Assembly: GCA_045599565.1 (NCBI GenBank)
Contig: JAZRWF010000065.1
Coordinates: 1,100 to 65,099 of the forward strand
Source: Lachnospiraceae bacterium
GTDB taxonomy: Bacteria; Bacillota; Clostridia; Lachnospirales; Lachnospiraceae
Length of the DNA: 64,000 bases
Direction: 5' to 3'
Positions 57,036 to 64,000 of the stretch are shown here, piece by piece (the stretch's first letter is position 1; each line of letters opens with the position of its first letter). A model generated the notes under the pieces. It saw only the letters and a list, made by a program, of their open reading frames with translations, made no database searches and had not been told where the DNA came from. A program made the position numbers and the translations under genes.

Positions 57036-57848
57036 ATGAGAGAGTTTTTCGATAAGAAATCAATAACAGAGAGTACACTTAAAATCATAGCCATGGTGAC
57101 GATGTTTATCGATCACGTGGCTGTGATTTTCGTGGGAAAATATATGTCGAGTCATCTCGGCTGGCCGGTTACCTCTAAGCTAGATGATCCGGTTTTGCAG
57201 AGATGGATGAACGAGACTGCTGGTGCAGCAGGCTTTTTCTGGCTGTATTATGTATTGCGAGTTATTGGCAGGCTGGCATATCCGCTTTTCGCGTTTATGA
57301 TCTTTGAGGGCTTTATGAAGACGAGAAGCAGGTGGAAGTATTTGCTGCGTCTTTTAATATTCGCTTTAGTTTCAGAGATTCCATACGACCTGTTTATATT
57401 TGGAAGAGCATGGAGCATGGACAAGCAGAATGTAGGCTTTACGTTGGTCTTGGGACTTCTTGCCATGATAGTCTGCGATATAATAAAGCATAATAAGAAG
57501 TGGGCCGAGAAGCCAAAGCTCAGAAAGTTCTTGGGCTATTCGACCTGGATTATTTTAGCGCTTGTGGCCACGCTCATTCGAAGCGATTATGGACTCTTCG
57601 GAGTGCTCAGCATATTTGCGTTCTGGTCGCTCAGACATTCAAGAGTCTACAGTGCGCTGTTTTCGAGTCTGGTGCTGTATCTTAATGCACAGGTGGAGAT
57701 GGCATCTGCATTTGCTGCGATTCCGTTGGCTTTATACAAGGGTGAGCAAGGAATCAAGAGCAAGTGGTTTAAGTATGGCTGTTATGCGTTTTATCCAGTG
57801 CATCTTTTGATTTTGTTTGCGTTGGCGAAGGTTTGTGGGGTTTATTAG
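57036..57848 (+). CDS. TraX family membrane protein (stand-alone)
   Basis: LKIIAMVTMFIDH, IGRLAYPLFAFMI.EGF..T, QNVGFTL, SDY, Y.GEQG...YAFYPVHL. Confidence 0.88.
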   Translation: MREFFDKKSITESTLKIIAMVTMFIDHVAVIFVGKYMSSHLGWPVTSKLDDPVLQRWMNETAGAAGFFWLYYVLRVIGRLAYPLFAFMIFEGFMKTRSRWKYLLRLLIFALVSEIPYDLFIFGRAWSMDKQNVGFTLVLGLLAMIVCDIIKHNKKWAEKPKLRKFLGYSTWIILALVATLIRSDYGLFGVLSIFAFWSLRHSRVYSALFSSLVLYLNAQVEMASAFAAIPLALYKGEQGIKSKWFKYGCYAFYPVHLLILFALAKVCGVY

Positions 57849-57849
57849 T

Positions 57850-59010
57850 TTGATAAGAATTCTTTCGTTATTTTTCATAAAGGAAGATATGTCTGGCGAG
57901 GCAAAGCGTTTGGCGTACGGCAAAATGTGCGGCTCTTTGGGAGTTTTTTTAAACATAATTTTGTTTGTGATTAAGCTTTTGGCAGGCCTTTTTTCCGGTG
58001 CGATTTCCATCGTGGCAGATGCGTTTAACAATCTTTCGGATGCCGGTGGAAGCGTGGTGGCTCTTATTGGCTTCAAATGCTCGGAGGCCGGCGCAGATGA
58101 GAAGCATCCTTATGGACATGGAAGGATAGAGTACCTGGCTGGACTTATCGTTTCGGCCTTGATTTTTTTGATGAGCTTTGAGCTTTTCAAGGAGTCGGTT
58201 ATAAAGGTGTTAAAGGGTTCCCAGGTGAGCGCATCGCCCATGGTTATAGGCATTCTTATTATCTCTATTCTGGTGAAGGCATATATGGCCTACTATAACC
58301 GTGCGGTTGGAAGGTCGATAGATTCGGCGACCCTGCGAGCTGTGGCTATAGATTCAATCTCTGACTGTGTGGTGACAAGTGTTGTCTTACTATCAGCTAT
58401 TTTAGCTCAGTTTAGCTCATTTAATTTCGATGGCATGGCTGGCATTATTGTTTCGATATTTGTTTTTTTTGCGGGTGTTTCATCAGCTAAGGAGAATGTG
58501 GATCATTTGATGGGGACCATGCTGCCTGTCGAGGAGCTTGAAAAGATTACCCAGTTTGCTATAGGATACAGCGAGAGAATCGTGGGCGTTCATGATCTGA
58601 TAGCACACGACTATGGTCCGGGAAGAATGATAATATCTCTACATGCGGAGGTTCCGAGTGATGGTAATATCGTGGAGCTTCACGATGTGATAGATGATTT
58701 AGAGAGGGCGATAGCCGAGGAATTCAAATGTCTTGCGACTATCCACATGGATCCGGTGGAGGTTGGGAATCCATTTGTGGACGGGCTGAAGGCTGATGTA
58801 AAGGCTATGGCTCACATTATAGACGAGAGAATCACGATTCACGATTTCAGGGTGTTGAATTCGGATGTTATGAAGAAATTTATCTTTGACATGTGCGTAC
58901 CATATTCGCTGAAGCTTTCCGCTGAGGAAGTGGTGGCCAAGATGGAGGAACTGATACGATTAAAGTTTGGTGATGCTTGCATGGCGATGATTCAGGTAGA
59001 TAGGGTTTAA
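57850..59010 (+). CDS. cation diffusion facilitator family transporter
   Basis: ADAFNNLSD, HPYGHGRIEY, DSISD, HDYGPG, IHMDP; start uncertain (TTG 57850 or ATG 57889). Confidence 0.9.
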   Translation: MIRILSLFFIKEDMSGEAKRLAYGKMCGSLGVFLNIILFVIKLLAGLFSGAISIVADAFNNLSDAGGSVVALIGFKCSEAGADEKHPYGHGRIEYLAGLIVSALIFLMSFELFKESVIKVLKGSQVSASPMVIGILIISILVKAYMAYYNRAVGRSIDSATLRAVAIDSISDCVVTSVVLLSAILAQFSSFNFDGMAGIIVSIFVFFAGVSSAKENVDHLMGTMLPVEELEKITQFAIGYSERIVGVHDLIAHDYGPGRMIISLHAEVPSDGNIVELHDVIDDLERAIAEEFKCLATIHMDPVEVGNPFVDGLKADVKAMAHIIDERITIHDFRVLNSDVMKKFIFDMCVPYSLKLSAEEVVAKMEELIRLKFGDACMAMIQVDRV

Positions 59011-59020
59011 AAAGAGCAAT

Positions 59021-59287
59021 ATGTATTTCGTGGAAGATGGAACTAAAAAATGTGGATTCTATGAGTGCAGGGAGTGTAATTATCGCTTCCTGTCTGTGGA
59101 TACGAAGGAGAAGACTGCATGCCCTTTGTGCGAGCAGAATATCAGCTATGAGATAGGTCCGGATGAGTCTTTGGAGGATTTGCTAGAGACAGCTGATTTA
59201 AAGGAAATCATAGAGGGCGAAGAGGAAGTAGCTAAGATGGATGCGCTGCTTTCAGTCGCTTTTTCAGAGGATGACAGCTGGATATAG
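59021..59287 (+). CDS. small acidic hypothetical protein with Zn-ribbon-like CxxC...CxxC
   Basis: CREC and CPLC pairs; fills the gap in a + strand run. Confidence 0.7.
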   Translation: MYFVEDGTKKCGFYECRECNYRFLSVDTKEKTACPLCEQNISYEIGPDESLEDLLETADLKEIIEGEEEVAKMDALLSVAFSEDDSWI

Positions 59288-59299
59288 GGGGATTACACG

Positions 59300-59962
59300 A
59301 TGAAATTAACAGAGCTACTTGTAGATCAGAGCACTATCATTCAGCTTATTTGGGGAGAACAGAAAATAGAGTTCTATTCCATGGTTATGGATAAGGATGA
59401 AAATACGCTTTATATGTCGCCTTATATTCACCAGGGCAAGGAACTGGATATAAGCATTACCCAGGAAACCAAGGGAGTGGTATGTAATCTGTTCGCTGAT
59501 GATTTGACAAATGGGCAGCGCATATCATGGCGAAATCTTGAACTAAAAACCGTAAAAAGAAACAATAAAACCGTGTATAGTCTGAGAGCCTATAGCTTCA
59601 ACACAGAATCGAAGCATGATGACAGGCGAACTCATGATAGAATTATTATTCAGAAAAAGGGAATCGTTCATGAGGTTGGAACTGAAAATGAATTCGAGGC
59701 TCTTATTCATGATATCAGTGATATAGGAGTTTCATTCTATGCACCTACCTCTTATAAGCCTTCATCGCAGCAGGTGGTCATTTCATTTAAGGATATAATC
59801 GATGGCGAGGACTTTCATGTCAAGGTTAACTGTACCATAGCCAGAGTGAGTGCCAGATCCGGAAATCAGCTGGTGGGCTGCAAGACAATGGGGGAGAATA
59901 AGGATTATCTTTTGTACGCATTCCTTAAGAGGATAAAAGAGAAGAGTAAAAATGGCGTGTGA
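59300..59962 (+). CDS. PilZ domain protein with N-terminal extension (YcgR-like architecture)
   Basis: RRTHDR (RxxxR) and DISDIG (DxSxxG). Confidence 0.8.
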   Translation: MKLTELLVDQSTIIQLIWGEQKIEFYSMVMDKDENTLYMSPYIHQGKELDISITQETKGVVCNLFADDLTNGQRISWRNLELKTVKRNNKTVYSLRAYSFNTESKHDDRRTHDRIIIQKKGIVHEVGTENEFEALIHDISDIGVSFYAPTSYKPSSQQVVISFKDIIDGEDFHVKVNCTIARVSARSGNQLVGCKTMGENKDYLLYAFLKRIKEKSKNGV

Positions 59963-59981
59963 TAAATCACACGCCATTTTT
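59948..59981. terminator. bidirectional terminator between the PilZ gene and tmRNA
   Basis: AAAAATGGCGTGTGAT-AA-ATCACACGCCATTTTT. Confidence 0.9.
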
Positions 59982-59986
59982 ATTTA

Positions 59987-60324
59987 TGGACTAGATGGGA
60001 GTCGAACCCATGTCCAAAAAACAATCCCCGACCCTTCTACGAGTGTAGTGAACCTTTTGACATTTCCTCCACCATACGGGGGTGCACGCCCTTATGGCTT
60101 TAGTAGCTTCATGATACGCCCACAGCTGCAAAGCTTAGACTGCGTCGTTTCCTGCGTGGATGATACTCCTGATCCTAGGCGCAGGTGCCTAGGGGGAGCA
60201 GTAGCCTAATTAGGCTGCAATTGCAAAATCGTTATTTGCGTTTAATTTTAATTTTGCCATTTAACCCATTGCATGGGACTCGCTTCTTTCGCTTCATGAT
60301 CCCTGTCGAAACCATTACTAGCCC
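59987..60324 (-). ncRNA. ssrA: tmRNA, tag peptide ANNDFAIAA
   Basis: minus strand 5' GGGCTAGTAATGGTTTCGAC; 3' GGTTCGACTCCCATCTAGTCCA; G3-U acceptor pair; reading frame GCA AAT AAC GAT TTT GCA ATT GCA GCC TAA. Confidence 0.95.
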
Positions 60325-60344
60325 AAAATGAATTTGTGAGATTT

Positions 60345-60372
60345 ATTATACACGCGTTGTCAATTTTGTCAA
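60345..60372 (-). promoter_or_regulatory. sigma-A promoter of tmRNA
   Basis: minus strand TTGACA-N16-TATAAT. Confidence 0.75.
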
Positions 60373-60413
60373 CTAAACTGATGGTTTAGTATTATACGTG
60401 AAGAGTATATTGA

Positions 60414-60616
60414 CTAGCGATGGCTCGTGGTCTCAATTTCGTAGATCGTCTTACAAGACCAAAAAAGTGGCTTGTTTTGGTCATTTGTGAAGAAACTGTG
60501 AACAAAACGCTTTGTTTGTGGTCTTAAATTAGTGAGATGTCATTTCAAGACCAAAACGGCAGCCTTTTTGGTCTTGTGGATTTACTTATGTTATTAAGAC
60601 CACGAGTGAGCGCTAG
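60414..60616 (+). mobile_element. MITE/REPIN-like element, copy 4 (divergent interior, both termini present)
   Basis: CTAGCGATGGCTCGTGGTCTCAAT ... ATTAAGACCACGAGTGAGCGCTAG; internal AAGACCAAAA/TTTTGGTC cores; G-rich tail to about 60643. Confidence 0.7.
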
Positions 60617-60659
60617 CCAAGACGTGGAGGGAGGAGAACACCCAATGTAAAAGAAACTA

Positions 60660-60688
60660 TTAACAAGAAAGTGCAAAAGTGCTATAAT
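60660..60688 (+). promoter_or_regulatory. sigma-A promoter of the AEC transporter
   Basis: TTAACA-N17-TATAAT with extended -10 TG. Confidence 0.7.
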
Positions 60689-60723
60689 GCCGAGGTTGTG
60701 TGCATTAACGAGGGAGACTTAAG

Positions 60724-61647
60724 ATGTATTTTTTGATTGTACTTAAAAATGTGGCAGTTATGATGGCGTACCTTCTGGTAGGTCTTCTTATGATAAAATC
60801 GAAAAAAGCTCTGACAGCGCATGCGAAATCGATCTCGACGCTTCTTATATATGTCTGCGGCCCATGTATGGTTATGAATTCATTCCTTAACATGACCTGT
60901 ACGAGAGAGAATAATATAAATGTGTTAACATTCTTTCTGACATCACTGGCGCTTCAAGCGGTATTCTTTGGGATTATTTACATATTTGTAAGAAAGAAGC
61001 TCGAGGCTTCGAAGTATAGAATTCTGGCGATAGGCTCTGTTATGGGAAATGTGGGCTTTCTTGGACTTCCTCTTGTAACGGCTGTCTTTCCAGGTGAGCC
61101 TGTGGTGGCAGCTTTTAGCTCAGTGTACACCATGAGTATGAATATCATCGTATTCTCCATCGGTGTTTACATGATAACTGGCGAGAGAAAATACATGTCA
61201 GTTAAGTCTATGATTTTAAACCCTACCACACTAGCTATTTTAGCTGCTATGCCCCTTTACCTTACGGGCACAAGGCTTCCAGAGGTGGTGATGGACAGCG
61301 TAGGTCTGTTCGCTAAAATGACCACGCCTATTTGCATGATAGTGCTTGGAATGCGCCTGGCTGCAGTTAATTTTAAGGATCTTATCAGCCGCCCATTTGC
61401 GTATGTAACCTGCCTTATGAAGCTCATCGTATATCCGCTTTTTGCGTATGGAATAGTGAAATTCATGCCATTCTTCAGCGATACATTTAAGGTGAGTATT
61501 CTGGTTTTATCAGCTGTTCCTACTGCAGCCATCGTGCTCTCGCTGGCTGAGATACATGAGAAGGAGCAGGAGCTGGCAGCAAATGTAGTGCTGCTTTCAA
61601 CACTGCTTTCTGTCATCACTATTCCTCTTGTAATGCTGTTAGTGTAA
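60724..61647 (+). CDS. AEC (auxin efflux carrier) family transporter
   Basis: GNVGFLGLP, NP, P..MIVLG, P.A...STLLSVITIP; about 10 TM segments. Confidence 0.9.
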   Translation: MYFLIVLKNVAVMMAYLLVGLLMIKSKKALTAHAKSISTLLIYVCGPCMVMNSFLNMTCTRENNINVLTFFLTSLALQAVFFGIIYIFVRKKLEASKYRILAIGSVMGNVGFLGLPLVTAVFPGEPVVAAFSSVYTMSMNIIVFSIGVYMITGERKYMSVKSMILNPTTLAILAAMPLYLTGTRLPEVVMDSVGLFAKMTTPICMIVLGMRLAAVNFKDLISRPFAYVTCLMKLIVYPLFAYGIVKFMPFFSDTFKVSILVLSAVPTAAIVLSLAEIHEKEQELAANVVLLSTLLSVITIPLVMLLV

Positions 61648-61653
61648 TTTTGA

Positions 61654-62886
61654 ATGAAAACTAAGAAGAAAAGTATAGGAAAAATAATACTTGGTGTCTG
61701 CCTTGGATTTATTCTTTCGGCGTGCATAGGAGCCTATGCATTTTTGTCAGTAAATACCAGGGGCAGACTTTTTATGTCATCTTTACATATTCTGACGCAT
61801 ACGCTTAGGGATAAAAACTATCTTCTCTACGATATAGATATCATGGAGCTTTGCCGTGAATATCTAAACTCAGACATATCGGTCACAGGAAATGTGGGTG
61901 TGAACAGTACATCTAAAACAAAGTCGTCAGTTTTGAACAGCACATCTAAAACAAAGTCGTCAGTTTATTTAGATGCCACAGTAAAAAGGTCATTTGAACA
62001 AAAGAAGATGGCTAATGCGAATACGCTTTCGCTGCTGGCTTTTGAGGTGGGCGAGCTGAACACATTTGCGAAGGATGAGACAGTCTATATAGAGGTGCCA
62101 TTTTTGAGCAAGGATTTTGGCTATGCCTTTCCGACGGGATTAAATCTGTTTGCAAAGGCACCTGATTTAACACATGATTTGGATGCGATTTGGTTTAAGG
62201 AAAACCTGGTAAATCTGGGAGAATTAGCATCCAAGGTAGGCATAGAGGAGCTGGGCGCGAAAACATTTGACGGGGATAAAAAGTCTTCTGACGGATTCAG
62301 GGTGACCATTCCAAAGGGTGCAGCAGATTTTATCTGGGAGCTTCTTGGCATGTCGGAGCCTGATTATGATGTGGTCGTGGATATGTACCTTACGAGCAGA
62401 AGTTATATCAGGCGAATCGAGATGGATCTATCTAAGGCGGTGGAAGGACTTTCGGTGGTGATAGATGGAACATCCATCGGCGCGGCAAAGGTTTACTGGG
62501 AGCTGCCGGATGACGAGAGATTCGAGCTTTGTATGGTGCGAAGTGGTGAATACAATGATTATTTTGACATCACTGGAGCCTACTATACAAATATTGACAA
62601 GGTCTATGAGTTTTCGGCAAATTTGATGTTTTCAAGGGTGAACGATGGCTTTGACGTGAAGGTTCATGATATAAAAGCATGGGAGGGCAAAACTGAGCTA
62701 ATCGACGCTTACTTTGTCGGAACAGTCCGAAAGGACAGCTTCACGTCAGATTTGTTCGAGGGCGGACAGGAGAGGCTGGACTCATATGAGGTTCTTGATT
62801 GGAAGACTGTTCGAAACGACGCGGAAGGCTTTGTGGATGATGTGATGGAGAAAATTGATATAGTCAGTATTTTGAGTGGGGAGTAA
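61654..62886 (+). CDS. hypothetical N-terminally anchored protein
   Basis: 410-aa ORF with a single N-terminal TM; no recognised family. Confidence 0.7.
   Translation: MKTKKKSIGKIILGVCLGFILSACIGAYAFLSVNTRGRLFMSSLHILTHTLRDKNYLLYDIDIMELCREYLNSDISVTGNVGVNSTSKTKSSVLNSTSKTKSSVYLDATVKRSFEQKKMANANTLSLLAFEVGELNTFAKDETVYIEVPFLSKDFGYAFPTGLNLFAKAPDLTHDLDAIWFKENLVNLGELASKVGIEELGAKTFDGDKKSSDGFRVTIPKGAADFIWELLGMSEPDYDVVVDMYLTSRSYIRRIEMDLSKAVEGLSVVIDGTSIGAAKVYWELPDDERFELCMVRSGEYNDYFDITGAYYTNIDKVYEFSANLMFSRVNDGFDVKVHDIKAWEGKTELIDAYFVGTVRKDSFTSDLFEGGQERLDSYEVLDWKTVRNDAEGFVDDVMEKIDIVSILSGE
61901..61966 (+). repeat. 33-bp in-frame tandem duplication
   Basis: TGAACAG(T/C)ACATCTAAAACAAAGTCGTCAGTTT x2, encoding NSTSKTKSSV(L/Y) twice. 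Confidence 0.9.
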
Positions 62887-62891
62887 AAGTG

Positions 62892-64000
62892 ATGAAAAAA
62901 ATAATATTAGCCATAGTGTGCGTGATGATTATGTTAGGTGCTGTTAGCTGCGGAAATAGTGTGTCAGTGGTGGAAGAGCCAGAGGTGGAAGAGCCAGAGG
63001 TGAACAAGACACCAAATAATGGTAGCCAGGTGGCAGTGACTGAAGATGTAGGTGAACCTGAAGATAAAATGGAATCTAGTAATACACCTATGAATTACTA
63101 TTATGATTTGAAGAATATTTCTGATGAGATTAGATATACCTATGCGTCAGATAGAAGTGCAGATTCATATTATTGTATAGTTAGAAATATGTCATTTACG
63201 AAGGAAGATTTTCAATATTACACAATTATAGATGACGAGAAATGGTTTGTAGCAGACGATGAATATCAGATGGTTTTAATGAGTGCTGGAGCTTGTGATG
63301 CTACAGTAAATCCTATGATTGTGATTCCGAAGGATGACATTATTACCACGAAAAATATTAATCTTATAAGCGAAAACGGTGAGGAGAAACAATTTGAAGT
63401 TAAATGGAATGTTTTGAAGAATCCTGCACTAATATCAGGACATTGTTTAGAATATGATGTCGTGAATGGAGTTGGCAATCTAAAGTTGATGGCACCGTCT
63501 TATTCACAAGATGGAAATAAGATGGGGGCTGGACACGAAGATGAAGAAATGAGATTTTTCTCAGATTTGGGTGGACTGCTCGCAGATAATGAGTTTTTAA
63601 TTATTAGTATGAGAGGGGTTAATTTCGGAGCAAAAGCATATTATGATAAATGGTTAGAATGTTATAAATCAAACCCTAATTGGAAGAACCAAAGACTGCA
63701 TTTAATTATTGATACGGAATTGTCTGAGGAGGCTGCTGAATTTGTCAAAGAACTTGCAAAACTAGACAATTCTATAGTTTACGGTTCCAGTGACATCTTT
63801 TTGGATGGAAAGAGCATTGTGGATGTGTGGGGTAAAGCAGATGAATGTTTTGCAAATATTTGTGGAAGTATTGCAGCTGAGTCAGAAAAACAGGCTGATT
63901 TGAAATCCACTAGCTTTAGTCCAAAGGCTGCAATTGCCGATATCTCATTGGCCGAGGCAGTTGAAAAAAATGCTGTTCAGAAGAACGAGCAACTAGGTTT
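62892..64000 (+). CDS. putative lipoprotein, runs off the window end
   Basis: manual translation MKKIILAIVCVMIMLGAVSC (lipobox-like AVSC), with no stop in the part read; absent from the ORF track, consistent with no stop before 64000. Confidence 0.75.
   Translation, partial: MKKIILAIVCVMIMLGAVSCGNSVSVVEEPEVEEPEVNKTPNNGSQVAVTEDVGEPEDKMESSNTPMNYYYDLKNISDEIRYTYASDRSADSYYCIVRNMSFTKEDFQYYTIIDDEKWFVADDEYQMVLMSAGACDATVNPMIVIPKDDIITTKNINLISENGEEKQFEVKWNVLKNPALISGHCLEYDVVNGVGNLKLMAPSYSQDGNKMGAGHEDEEMRFFSDLGGLLADNEFLIISMRGVNFGAKAYYDKWLECYKSNPNWKNQRLHLIIDTELSEEAAEFVKELAKLDNSIVYGSSDIFLDGKSIVDVWGKADECFANICGSIAAESEKQADLKSTSFSPKAAIADISLAEAVEKNAVQKNEQLG

Noticed and set aside
57036-57848. Conjugative element implied by TraX
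   Set aside because: No relaxase, coupling protein or T4SS genes; it sits in a housekeeping run.
59940-59990. Integrative element at the tmRNA 3' end (also checked at tRNA-Arg 31695)
   Set aside because: No integrase and no duplicated 3' end are visible in the window.
59952-60209. 85-aa ORF on the + strand
   Set aside because: It is antisense to tmRNA.
620-63478. Numerous 60-200-aa ORFs antisense to or nested in long genes
   Set aside because: Shadow ORFs of well-supported genes, without SD or recognisable motifs.

Overview
64-kb chromosomal window from a low-GC Firmicute, inferred to be Lachnospiraceae-like from gene content (large single-chain PurL, class B sortases, flagellin, PilZ, CIRCE). 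Most of it is + strand housekeeping genes: clpB, purL, carAB, a pdxR/pdxK/ECF vitamin B6 salvage module, malQ, queA, lgt, aroE/D/K, ligA, metA, asp23-nusB-xseAB-dxs-tlyA-nadK, xylB, a SNF2 helicase, a GH43-GH3 fusion, rpmE, rho and malic enzyme. RNA genes are 6S RNA, tRNA-Arg(CCG) and tmRNA. No transposase, integrase or cas gene is visible. The main unexplained signals are intergenic. (1) An AT-rich PD-(D/E)xK/Vsr-like nuclease gene (25835-26614) sits beside an array of 16 alternately inverted TTACTGG/CCAGTAA cores with a 63-bp period. (2) A sequence-unrelated array with the same 63-bp alternating-inverted design lies at 3380-3545. (3) A ~180-200-bp MITE/REPIN-like element with nested inverted repeats and G-rich tandem tails occurs four times, plus one tail at the window start. 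(4) A 70-nt covarying hairpin occurs twice, and one copy separates a Shine-Dalgarno from its ATG. (5) An unannotated 21-aa hydrophobic ORF lies opposite rpmE. All family assignments come from motif recognition only; no searches were run.
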